DNA of 64,000 nt from an uncultured Nitrospinota bacterium. Its GTDB lineage: Bacteria > Tectomicrobia > Entotheonellia > J063 > CAVPRW01. The number at the start of each line of letters is the position of its first letter. Positions within the stretch are counted from its first letter, which is position 1. A model generated the notes under the pieces. The model was not told the origin of the DNA. It was given only the letters and a program-made list of their open reading frames with translations, and ran no database searches. A program made the position numbers and the translations under genes. The DNA lies in assembly GCA_963707985.1 (NCBI GenBank), contig CAVPRW010000034.1, forward strand, positions 32,001-96,000. The letters run 5' to 3'. Positions 1-8,474 of this stretch are shown piece after piece.

Positions 1-241
1 GGATGACTGCCCATATGGCGAGCCATGAAATGGAGGCGCGTATAGCATATGTCAAGGACAAAGCGCGAATCAGCAAAAAGGTGAGGCCACCGAATTCGAT
101 GAAGTGACAGAGCTTGTCAAAGTAGGGTAGATCAAAGCTTGAGACCAATGGCGGATCTGACAGAGACGAACCGATGGAAATGCCACCAGCATAGAGAGCA
201 ACCAATAGCCAAGCAGCTGTAGACCGAAGAACCAATTGCAT
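1..241 (-). CDS. VanZ-family membrane protein, partial (runs off window edge)
   Basis: Own translation from ATG 241: MQLVLRSTAAWLLVALYAGGISIGSSLSDPPLVSSFDLPYFDKLCHFIEFGGLTFLLIRALSLT...; DKxxHFxxFGxL motif typical of VanZ family; open to position 1, absent from ORF track. Confidence 0.7.
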   Translation of the reverse strand, partial: MQLVLRSTAAWLLVALYAGGISIGSSLSDPPLVSSFDLPYFDKLCHFIEFGGLTFLLIRALSLTYAIRASISWLAIWAVI

Positions 242-528
242 CCTCGGAACATGTCCTTTTCTGTGAAGAAGTCACCGTGTGGGCAACGACTTTGCCTCAG
301 TAAAGATGCTGTTGGTACTGCACTTTACAGGGTCTTCACAAGAGTATAACAAATTACCCTGGCAGGCGGAAAGAAAATGTGCTGATGCCTCTCACTTGCC
401 TCCGTGATGTCTTTCCCATGAAGGGGCTGAATCCCCACCGCGAGAGGCTCGACAATGATCTGGCACTGTGCTATTGTGACCACATTTCCTGGCGATTTAT
501 AGGGGCGAGAGCATTCATGGGCGGAGCG

Positions 529-1524
529 ATGAACGCTGTGAGGCAAACGACCATCACCGCTGAAGCACTTCAGCAAGCGCGGCGTGTGCTTGACCTGGAA
601 AGCGAGGCGATCGCACGGCTCCATGAACGCCTGGATGCAGAATTTCTCAAGGGCGTGGAAATGATCGGTCAATGTCAGGGTCGCCTCGTGGTTACTGGCA
701 TGGGAAAATCCGGCCTGATCGGGCGCAAGATCGCGGCCACGTTCGCTAGCCTCGGCATCCCAGCCTTTTTCCTGCATCCCGCTGATGGCGCCCACGGCGA
801 TGTCGGCATGGTAGCGCGCGGCGATGTCTTGCTTGCGGTATCGAATAGTGGTGAAACCGAAGAGATTTTGCGTCTGCTACCGATCATCAACAATCGTTTC
901 GGTCTAAAGCTAATCTGCATCACTGGTAGCCCGCATTCAACGCTCGCGAAGCGCAGCGATGTCGTGCTCAACGTGCAGGTCTCACAGGAGGCCGGCCCCT
1001 TTGGCTTGATCCCAACCGCCAGTATCGCGGCAACTTTAGCCATGGGTGATGCACTGGCCATCGCGGTGATGACACATTGCGGGTTTGAGCAGGGAGATTT
1101 CGCGCTGTTCCACCCGGGTGGCCATCTTGGGCGCTGTATCACGCTGATGGTCAGGGATTTAATGCACTGCGATGACGAAATCCCACGCGTGGCCGAGAAT
1201 GCTTCGCTGCATGAGGTGATCATCGAGATGTCTGTCAAGCGCTTGGGCCTAACCTGCGTCGTTGACGGTACCGGGCGCCTGCAGGGACTCATCACCGATG
1301 GTGACTTGCGGCGATCGATGGAACGAATTGCCGACTTGAGGCGTCTAAGAGCCTGTGAGCTAATGAGCAAGCATCCCAAGACCGTTGGGCTTGCCACCCC
1401 AGCCGTTGAGGCACTAGCCCTCATGGAGAAATACTCGATCACCTCTCTATTGATCATTGATGCTGATACGAGACCGATTGGTGTGCTGCATGTGCATGAC
1501 CTGCTTAAAGCTGGATTGACGTGA
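529..1524 (+). CDS. kdsD: Arabinose-5-phosphate isomerase (SIS + 2 CBS; KpsF/GutQ family)
   Basis: GMGKSG, HGDVG, SNSGET, PTAS, HPGG motifs and C-terminal CBS pair; start ATG 529 or 517. Confidence 0.93.
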   Translation: MNAVRQTTITAEALQQARRVLDLESEAIARLHERLDAEFLKGVEMIGQCQGRLVVTGMGKSGLIGRKIAATFASLGIPAFFLHPADGAHGDVGMVARGDVLLAVSNSGETEEILRLLPIINNRFGLKLICITGSPHSTLAKRSDVVLNVQVSQEAGPFGLIPTASIAATLAMGDALAIAVMTHCGFEQGDFALFHPGGHLGRCITLMVRDLMHCDDEIPRVAENASLHEVIIEMSVKRLGLTCVVDGTGRLQGLITDGDLRRSMERIADLRRLRACELMSKHPKTVGLATPAVEALALMEKYSITSLLIIDADTRPIGVLHVHDLLKAGLT

Positions 1525-2054
1525 CGATGCTGACACTTCTCGAACGCGCACGTAAGACCCGCCTGTTGATGATGGATGTGGATGGTGTCCTCACTGATGG
1601 GCGGCTTATCCAGGATGGCCACGGCCGTGAGTTAAAAGTGTTCGATGTCAAAGATGGCCATGGCATCGTCATGGCGCACCGTGCCATGCTGCGCACCGCG
1701 CTTATTAGTGGACGAGCATCTGAGACGATTACGTATCGCGCCGAAGAGTTAGGGATTAAGTTGGTGTTCCAGAAAGTCTGGAATAAACTCGAAGTCTATG
1801 AGAAAATCTTAGTGGACACTGCACTTACCCATGACGAGGTAGCATATATCGGGGATGATTTGATCGACATCCCCTTGTTGCAACGGGTAGGCCTGTCGGT
1901 GGCAGTCGCTGACGCTGTAGATGAGGTCAAAGCCGCCGCTCATTTGGTGACACAGCGCCCCGGCGGTCAGGGGGCTGTGCGTGAAGTGATCGAGTTCATC
2001 CTCAAGGCCCAGGGCCATTGGGACGGCCTGATTGAGCGCTATACCAGAGCCTGA
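1521..2054 (+). CDS. kdsC: Kdo-8-phosphate phosphatase (HAD)
   Basis: DVDGVLTDG, KDGHG, YIGDDLID, GGQGAVRE; overlaps kdsD stop. Confidence 0.93.
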   Translation: MTMLTLLERARKTRLLMMDVDGVLTDGRLIQDGHGRELKVFDVKDGHGIVMAHRAMLRTALISGRASETITYRAEELGIKLVFQKVWNKLEVYEKILVDTALTHDEVAYIGDDLIDIPLLQRVGLSVAVADAVDEVKAAAHLVTQRPGGQGAVREVIEFILKAQGHWDGLIERYTRA

Positions 2055-2071
2055 CCGTTGAAGGGGACATT

Positions 2072-2560
2072 ATGGTCACTAAGCTAAGGACCAATACCAC
2101 CCACATCACACACTTGCTCACCGAGAGCAAAGGATTCACCTTGATTGAAATCATGGTGGTCATCATCATTCTCGGCTTGCTTGCCACGTTGGTCATCCCG
2201 AACATCACTGGATATACCGAAAAGGCCAAACGTGAAAAGGCGCGTGCTGACATCGCCAGTCTTGAAGGCGCGCTAGAGCTGTTTAAAGCCGACAACGGTT
2301 TCTATCCCACCACCGAACAAAGCCTCGACGCGCTGATCGTCAAGCCGTCGACCGGACGTGTGCCGGCGAAGTGGATGGATGGTGGCTACTTCAAGAAAGG
2401 GGTTCCCCTAGACCCATGGGGCAATCGGTATGTGTATTTCGCACCAGGGCGTCGTGGGGAAGGCTATGAGATCATCTCGGTGGGGACCGACGGACAGGAA
2501 AGCGATGATGACATCTCGAGTTCAGATCATCTGGACTCAGGACGGGCTGTCGCTCGTTGA
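2072..2560 (+). CDS. gspG: Type II secretion major pseudopilin
   Basis: G|FTLIEIMVVIIILGLLA prepilin site; YPTTEQ, DPWGNxY motifs. Confidence 0.92.
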   Translation: MVTKLRTNTTHITHLLTESKGFTLIEIMVVIIILGLLATLVIPNITGYTEKAKREKARADIASLEGALELFKADNGFYPTTEQSLDALIVKPSTGRVPAKWMDGGYFKKGVPLDPWGNRYVYFAPGRRGEGYEIISVGTDGQESDDDISSSDHLDSGRAVAR

Positions 2561-3047
2561 ACTCTCCATCGTCATCCTCCTCCTCAGCTTCCTGCTGCTC
2601 CTCAGTATTCCCCGGTTCGGCGCGGTCTTGGTGGGGCAACGACTCAATAGCAGCGGTCATCTGATCACCGGCATGGTCCGCCATCTGTATGAGCAATCGA
2701 CAGCCAAGCGGCGGGTCTACCGTCTAAACTATCACATCGACGATGGAGAGCTCTGGGTTACCCTCCCGACTGACGAAGGGGAGTTCATCGAGGATCAATC
2801 TTCTACCTTTACCCGCCGGCGCAAGCTCCCCACCAGCATTCAGTTTGAGGACGTCGTTACCGCTGCAGAGAAAGTTAAAGAGGGGCAGACCTACACGCAG
2901 TTTTTTCCGTCAGGGTTGGTCGATCGCACAATTGTCCATCTCCGCGCCGACGACGGCTCGCAGCTGTCTGTGCTGATCCACCCACTCAACGGCCGAGTAA
3001 CCATCGAGCCAGGGTATCGTGAACTGGAAGTGGTGCAAAAGCGCTGA
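2505..3047 (+). CDS. gspH: Minor pseudopilin, GspH/FimT-like
   Basis: G|LSLVELSIVILLL prepilin-like N-terminus; FFPSG motif; follows gspG; start estimated. Confidence 0.75.
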   Translation: MMTSRVQIIWTQDGLSLVELSIVILLLSFLLLLSIPRFGAVLVGQRLNSSGHLITGMVRHLYEQSTAKRRVYRLNYHIDDGELWVTLPTDEGEFIEDQSSTFTRRRKLPTSIQFEDVVTAAEKVKEGQTYTQFFPSGLVDRTIVHLRADDGSQLSVLIHPLNGRVTIEPGYRELEVVQKR

Positions 3048-3399
3048 GGGATTCACGCTATTGGAAGTCATGGTGGCGCTAGCCATCATCTCCTTCGCGG
3101 TGGTAACCTATGTGCATTCGCAAAACATCGGTATAGCCCTGCTCAATGAATCGACAAATGTCACGATGGCCACGCTGCTGGCACAGGGACGCATGGTGGT
3201 TTTCGAGAGTAGTGATGTTGCCGGTACCCTGGAGCGGGAAGGAACTTTTGATGACCCTGAATATGCGGCATTTCGGTGGAAGGAGCGGGTGATCTCGACA
3301 CCCCTGCCGAACATTTTCGAGGCGCATGTGGAAGTCTCTTGGGATGATAATCGTGGACGACGCTCTGTGGAATTGATCACCCTGGTTGCCCGCAAATGA
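3019..3399 (+). CDS. gspI: Minor pseudopilin GspI
   Basis: G|FTLLEVMVALAII prepilin site, 126 aa, position in cluster. Confidence 0.82.
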   Translation: MNWKWCKSAEGFTLLEVMVALAIISFAVVTYVHSQNIGIALLNESTNVTMATLLAQGRMVVFESSDVAGTLEREGTFDDPEYAAFRWKERVISTPLPNIFEAHVEVSWDDNRGRRSVELITLVARK

Positions 3400-3643
3400 T
3401 GGCCACGACACCTATCGAGGATCGGGAGCGCTGGCGTGCTGCCGAGGGCTTCACGTTGATGGAGGTAATGATCGCGATTGGGATAATGGCGACCATCCTG
3501 GTGATTTTATATGGCGCATACTCCGCCGCTCTCGTGGCGGCAAACGCATGCCGGCACGTGTGAAAATCACCCTTCTATGGGCGGATCAGCGCGGACCGCT
3601 CCGCCCATTCGAGATGATGACAGACCTTGTGCTCTCACGCTAG
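3396..3643 (+). pseudogene. gspJ: gspJ with large internal deletion and frameshift
   Basis: ATG 3396 (ATGA overlap with gspI) gives MMATTPIEDRERWRAAEG|FTLMEVMIAIGIMATILVILYGAYSAAL..., stop at 3563 (55 aa); another frame gives GspJ-like C-terminus MPARVKITLLWADQRGPLRPFEMMTDLVLSR* ending 3643. Confidence 0.75.
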
Positions 3644-3669
3644 AAGGCCTCGATAAGGTATGGTCAGCT

Positions 3670-4824
3670 ATGGGGATGATCGCAACGATGGCACTCGGAC
3701 CGCATAGGCAGCGCTCGCCTCGGCTCATGACCGACGAAGCGGGTGTGGCGCTGGTTATCACTCTAGTCATTGTCACACTAGTGGCGATTATCGTCCTCGA
3801 GCTGAGCTACCTGATGCGGGTCGATGTCCATGCTTCAACCAATTTTCGCGATGGAGTTAAAGCTTATTATCTGGCCAAGTCCGGTGTGATTATGGTCAAA
3901 GAGCTGTTCAGTCGAAATAGCCAGGAACTCGAGGAGCTCAAGGACACCCTCCTTGCCGGAGGTTCCCATACGCTACCGATTGGCGACGGATCGGCCACCG
4001 TGCGCGTCATCGACGAAACCGGCAAGATCAACGTCAACGCGCTGGTCATTGACACCGCTTCCCCTCAGCAGGCCGCCGGGGCCCAACTACCCCAGGCGCA
4101 GCAGGCCGCTGGGGGCCAACTGCCCCAGGCACAGCAGGCCGCCGGGGCCCAACTGCCCCAGGCACAACGCGGCGGTCAATCCCGTGAGGCCCAAACGGCC
4201 AACCCATGGATTCAGCCGATGCAAGACCTCTTTCAGCGGCTGGGCATCGATCCGACGCTCGTCGGTGCTCTTGTTGACTGGATTGATGTTGATGATATTC
4301 CCACGGGTTCGGGAGGTGCTGAGAGCAGTTATTACCAAGGTTTGGAGAAGCCCTATAGGGCTAGGAACGGGCCCATGGAAACGATCGCCGAACTCCGCCT
4401 CATTAAGGGCTTTACCGATGAGGTACTGCTCAAGCTTGGGGCGCGTCGAGTGGGCGGAATCGTCGACCCTGCCACCAACCTGTATTTAGCCGCGGTGCCG
4501 ATGCCACCGGGAGGGAGCTGGCGAGTCAATCTCAACACTGCACCAATAGCGATCTTACAAAGCATGACCCGTGAGATGGGGCAGTTCGCCGACGCCATTG
4601 TACAGCAGCGGTCACAGCACCGCATCGAAAAGATCGACGAACTCCAACAGGTTGGCGTTAGCGGAGAAGCCTTGCAAAATTTTCAGCAGCTGGGCACTCT
4701 GACCAGCCTCTATTACGCGGTTGAGTCCCGTGGCACCGTGGGGGATATGGTGAGACAAATCACCGCTCTGATTCGAATGGGCGGAGATCAAATCAGTCAG
4801 ACCCTCTACTGGCGAGTGCAGTAG
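3670..4824 (+). CDS. gspK: Minor pseudopilin GspK with Gln/Ala-rich repeat insert
   Basis: G|VALVITLVIV, DETGKINVNAL, ALVDWID, ELRLIKG, VNLNTAP motifs; start uncertain (3670/3688/3727). Confidence 0.88.
   Translation: MGMIATMALGPHRQRSPRLMTDEAGVALVITLVIVTLVAIIVLELSYLMRVDVHASTNFRDGVKAYYLAKSGVIMVKELFSRNSQELEELKDTLLAGGSHTLPIGDGSATVRVIDETGKINVNALVIDTASPQQAAGAQLPQAQQAAGGQLPQAQQAAGAQLPQAQRGGQSREAQTANPWIQPMQDLFQRLGIDPTLVGALVDWIDVDDIPTGSGGAESSYYQGLEKPYRARNGPMETIAELRLIKGFTDEVLLKLGARRVGGIVDPATNLYLAAVPMPPGGSWRVNLNTAPIAILQSMTREMGQFADAIVQQRSQHRIEKIDELQQVGVSGEALQNFQQLGTLTSLYYAVESRGTVGDMVRQITALIRMGGDQISQTLYWRVQ
4066..4164 (+). repeat. 3 x 33-bp in-frame tandem repeat (QQAAG[A/G]QLPQA) inside gspK
   Basis: Units cagcaggccgccggggcccaactaccccaggcg at 4066, 4099, 4132 with few differences. 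Confidence 0.95.
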
Positions 4825-4841
4825 AGAAGGCAGGGGAGTGG

Positions 4842-5729
4842 ATGTGGAGAGCACGTCGACCGCTCGTGTTGGTTGGCTATCTATGCTATACCGTGGCGCT
4901 ATTTGTATTGTTCACGTATCTTAAATTCCCGAGCCAACAGGTCCGGGCTTTCGTGCTCACGACATTAAATCATCATGGATTGGGACAGATTCGTATTGGG
5001 TCAATCCGCCCCTTCTTACCCGCAGGTTTGACGTTCAAGGAGGTGAGTATCACCCATGACGTCGATGGCCATTCGCTCGAACTGATGCGCATGCCAGAAC
5101 TCCAGGTGCACCTTCGGACTTTATACCCCTTTGCAAATCCGATACGCATTGGCTTTGAAGGAGAGGTATACGGCGGTATGTTCTTGGGTGCGGTCGAGTG
5201 GGAACACAACGGTACGGGACCAATGCTAGGCATCCACATCGAGCTGCAAGATATCCGACCGGCAATCCACCCGCTCACGACCAAACTGGGCAATGCCATC
5301 GTGGCAGGGAAGCTGGCAGGCACTATCGCCTTACAACTCTCGAATGGGCGTTGGCAAGATGGCAACGGTCGACTGATGCTCCACGGCGAAGCAGGGAATA
5401 TCGCCGGTCTGACGATCGGCAGCGTCCAACTTCCTGCCCTGACCTACGATCGGCTCACGGTTGAGCTCGTCCTTCAGCAGCGTCATGTGGAGGTGAAAGA
5501 CGTACAGATGAGTGGTCGCGATTGGCAAGTTACCGTTCAGGGGAGCGTCAGTCTGAATGAGCGCCTGCGACAAAGCCCCGTGGATCTGACCTTGCGCGTG
5601 CACACCTCGGAAGCGTTTGAGCAACAGCTTGGACTTGCCGGTATACTCCTGAAGCAGCGCCGCGACCGACTAGGCTCTAGCACCCTTAAGATTAATGGAA
5701 CACTGGAACATCTCAATCCGGTGCTGTAA
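4842..5729 (+). CDS. gspN: Type II secretion protein GspN-like
   Basis: N-terminal TM ending FTYLKFP, beta-rich body, C-terminal INGTLEHL; end of gsp cluster. Confidence 0.7.
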   Translation: MWRARRPLVLVGYLCYTVALFVLFTYLKFPSQQVRAFVLTTLNHHGLGQIRIGSIRPFLPAGLTFKEVSITHDVDGHSLELMRMPELQVHLRTLYPFANPIRIGFEGEVYGGMFLGAVEWEHNGTGPMLGIHIELQDIRPAIHPLTTKLGNAIVAGKLAGTIALQLSNGRWQDGNGRLMLHGEAGNIAGLTIGSVQLPALTYDRLTVELVLQQRHVEVKDVQMSGRDWQVTVQGSVSLNERLRQSPVDLTLRVHTSEAFEQQLGLAGILLKQRRDRLGSSTLKINGTLEHLNPVL

Positions 5730-5867
5730 GGATCGCACCCCCACATCTAGCAGCTGACAGCCGAGCATTACGTGGTAGAAGAAGCCAGGACAGATTCTTA
5801 CATCCAACTTTACGGCCCGGCACTGATCATGGTGTCACGATCGGGGGACCGGGCCTCAGAAGAGAAG

Positions 5868-6239
5868 CTACTTGCTGCAGCACAGCGTGCGGACGTAAGC
5901 GATGATATCCTCAATCTGGGGGTCTTTCAGGGAAGCTCCCCAAGGTGGCATCAGGGGAGATTTGCCGACGGAAGCCCCGCCGTTCTTGATGACTTTGAGC
6001 ATGTCTTCGTCCGACAGCTTGGACATATAGTCTTTGTCGGTATGGTCCCGAGGCTTTGGGTTAAGGGCGGCCGCCGCCGCGCCATCCCCCTTACCCGACT
6101 GCCCATGGCACGATACACAAAACTGCCCGTAGAGTTTTTTCCCTTGCTCGACGTCTGCTGCCCGAGCTATAAGAGACGAGCCCAGCACAACTGTACAGAG
6201 GGCCATGATGAATAGCATCATCTCATCTAGACGCTTCAC
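5868..6239 (-). CDS. Exported monoheme cytochrome c
   Basis: Signal peptide, CVSCH heme motif, GKGDG, MPPWG distal Met; SD AAGGAGGT 8 nt before GTG. Confidence 0.9.
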   Translation of the reverse strand: MKRLDEMMLFIMALCTVVLGSSLIARAADVEQGKKLYGQFCVSCHGQSGKGDGAAAAALNPKPRDHTDKDYMSKLSDEDMLKVIKNGGASVGKSPLMPPWGASLKDPQIEDIIAYVRTLCCSK

Positions 6240-6403
6240 TGCTATGCACCTCCTTCACTCACACGTGGTCGACCTGCCTCCATCCAAACCATCGGAGGCA
6301 TTCTTCAAGGTCGGACAGGAATGCGACTCGGGGGAACCGACGGACGGCCATCTGGCAATTGGCACCACTGCCATCGATACTGACGGCTTAATGATTTGCC
6401 CGC

Positions 6404-6433
6404 ACTATAACAGGTCGATATTTGAGCTGTCAA
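6404..6433 (-). promoter_or_regulatory. Sigma70-type promoter for cytochrome c gene
   Basis: TTGACA-N18-TATAGT with TG extended -10. Confidence 0.6.
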
Positions 6434-6475
6434 GGTTTCGAGGCTTTCGATCAGCTCTGATAGAGGGGGACACAC

Positions 6476-6961
6476 GTGAGGGAATTGAGTCACGTCAATG
6501 ACCATGGCAAGGCCCACATGGTAGATGTCGGAGATAAGCCCGACACGGTGCGCGAGGCGCGGGCACGAGGAGCCGTCGTCATGCTGCCCTCGACGTTGGA
6601 GCTGATCCAGAATAACGCCTTACAGAAAGGGGACGTGCTGGCGGTCGCGAAAATCGCTGGCATCATGGCCGCCAAGCGTACATCTGAGTTGATCCCACTG
6701 TGTCACCCATTGCCGTTGACGAGTGTCGACCTAACGTTTGGCATGGATCCCAGCGCGGGCCGAATCGATATTGAGAGTGTGGCACGTGTGACCGGTAAGA
6801 CTGGCGTGGAGATGGAGGCGTTGACAGCTGTTGCGGCGGCAGCGCTCACTGTGTATGACATGTGCAAAGCGGTAGACCGCGAGATGTGCATCACGGATGT
6901 TCGCCTCATTGAAAAACGGGGGGGGCGGAGCGGTTTCTATCACCGCACGGGGGAGAGGTAG
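6476..6961 (+). CDS. moaC: Cyclic pyranopterin monophosphate synthase
   Basis: MVDV, KGDVL, LIPLCHP, TGVEMEAL, YDMCKA, KxGG motifs. Confidence 0.96.
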   Translation: MRELSHVNDHGKAHMVDVGDKPDTVREARARGAVVMLPSTLELIQNNALQKGDVLAVAKIAGIMAAKRTSELIPLCHPLPLTSVDLTFGMDPSAGRIDIESVARVTGKTGVEMEALTAVAAAALTVYDMCKAVDREMCITDVRLIEKRGGRSGFYHRTGER

Positions 6962-8325
6962 TGACCGGAAAGGTGCGTACAATATACGTCTGCCAGAGCT
7001 GTGCCTATCAGAGCAGCAAGTGGCTTGGGCGTTGCCCTGAATGTGAGCAGTGGAGCAGTTTCGTCGAGCAGCGCACGTCGAGGCCAACTCACCACCATAC
7101 GGGTGCAGGTGGGAAGGCTACGGCGAGGCCCACGGCGATCACCGAGGTGAGCGCTGATGAGGGAGAGCGCTTGCCGACCGGCATTACAGAACTCGATCGC
7201 GTGCTGGGCGGCGGCGCCCTACCCGGGATGGTGATACTTGTCGGCGGTGATCCCGGCATCGGCAAATCGACGTTGCTCTTGCAGGTCGCTGGATACATAA
7301 GCAGCAGCGGGCAACCTGTACTGTATGTTTCCGGCGAGGAATCGGCCAAGCAAACTCGCCTGCGAGCCGATCGTATCAGCGCCTTATCCGAGCATTTACT
7401 CATTCTCCCGGATACGTCGGTGGAGCACATTTTGGAGCACGTTGAACGGTTGCAACCCAGGCTGGTGGTGGTTGATTCAGTCCAGGCCCTGTCTTCGGAG
7501 CAGCTTCAATCCGGCGCCGGGAGCATTAGTCAGGTGCGGGACGTAACCGCACGCGTCGTCGAAATGGCCAAAACCGCTGGCATCGCAACCTTCTTAGTAG
7601 GGCATGTGACCAAGGATGGGACTCTCGCGGGTCCAAAGGTACTTGAACACATGGTTGATTGTGTACTCTATTTTGAAGGCGAGGCGAGCCAGACGTTTCG
7701 TATCTTGCGCGCGGTGAAAAATCGCTTTGGGTCAGTCAATGAAATAGGCGTGTTTGAGATGACGACGGCAGGCCTTCGTGAGGTGTGTAATCCCTCTCAA
7801 CTTTTTTTGAGGGAGCGTCCAGAAGGCACTTCTGGGTCGGTCGTGGTCTGCACCCTGGAGGGCACCCGTCCTTTACTCATTGAGGTCCAGGCTCTCGCCT
7901 CGCCCTCACCCCTGGCCATGCCAAGACGTGTCGCAACCGGGTTTGATGTCAATCGGGTGGCATTGTTGATCGCCATTCTCGAGAAGCGTGTCGGCCTTCA
8001 TCTCCATGGCGAGGACGTCTACTTGAATGTCGCCGGTGGAATTCGCGTCACTGAACCTGCCGTCGATTTGGGGGTAGCCACAGCCATTGCTTCCAGCTTT
8101 CGTGATCGTCCCATCGACCCGCGCACGGTGATCATGGGGGAGGTGGGGTTAGGAGGGGAGGTTCGGGCCATTCCACACCTCGAAGGTCGTCTACGAGAGG
8201 CTGAGAAACTGGGCTTCCAGCAGGCGGTGATTCCAGAACCGCAGCGTCCGCTAGGAGTTCTCGCTGGCAAACTTCATATCATCCCAGTTACTTCTGTCAT
8301 TAGTGCTTTCGAAAATCTCTTTTGA
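6961..8325 (+). CDS. radA: DNA repair protein RadA/Sms
   Basis: CxxC..CxxC zinc finger, GDPGIGKST, KNRFG, Lon-like C-terminus. Confidence 0.96.
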   Translation: MTGKVRTIYVCQSCAYQSSKWLGRCPECEQWSSFVEQRTSRPTHHHTGAGGKATARPTAITEVSADEGERLPTGITELDRVLGGGALPGMVILVGGDPGIGKSTLLLQVAGYISSSGQPVLYVSGEESAKQTRLRADRISALSEHLLILPDTSVEHILEHVERLQPRLVVVDSVQALSSEQLQSGAGSISQVRDVTARVVEMAKTAGIATFLVGHVTKDGTLAGPKVLEHMVDCVLYFEGEASQTFRILRAVKNRFGSVNEIGVFEMTTAGLREVCNPSQLFLRERPEGTSGSVVVCTLEGTRPLLIEVQALASPSPLAMPRRVATGFDVNRVALLIAILEKRVGLHLHGEDVYLNVAGGIRVTEPAVDLGVATAIASSFRDRPIDPRTVIMGEVGLGGEVRAIPHLEGRLREAEKLGFQQAVIPEPQRPLGVLAGKLHIIPVTSVISAFENLF

Positions 8326-8348
8326 GGTGGGATTTCCCGCCTATGCGC

Positions 8349-8377
8349 TTGACCGTCAGGCTCCATCGTGGTATGAT
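8349..8377 (+). promoter_or_regulatory. Sigma70-type promoter upstream of PIN/TRAM-ispDF-rlmB
   Basis: TTGACC-N17-TATGAT with TG extended -10. Confidence 0.65.
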
Positions 8378-8474
8378 TTTTGTATATGTAAGGCCTCACT
8401 TTCAATCACCTATAGGGCTGTGGCAGCTCATATCGCTGGGCGTGGTCTCGTCACTCTCGCGCTCCATTGGGGAG

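Noticed and set aside
70..252. 60-aa ORF from the track
   Set aside because: A different frame (ATG 241 to edge) carries a recognisable VanZ-type motif
4066..4164. CRISPR array
   Set aside because: 33-bp units are adjacent with no spacers and in frame within gspK; no cas genes
6240..6403. c-di-GMP-I riboswitch in the cytochrome c leader (starts GGGCAAA, has stems)
   Set aside because: Lacks the GNRA-capped P2 and following GCAAAG junction; a covariance search would settle it
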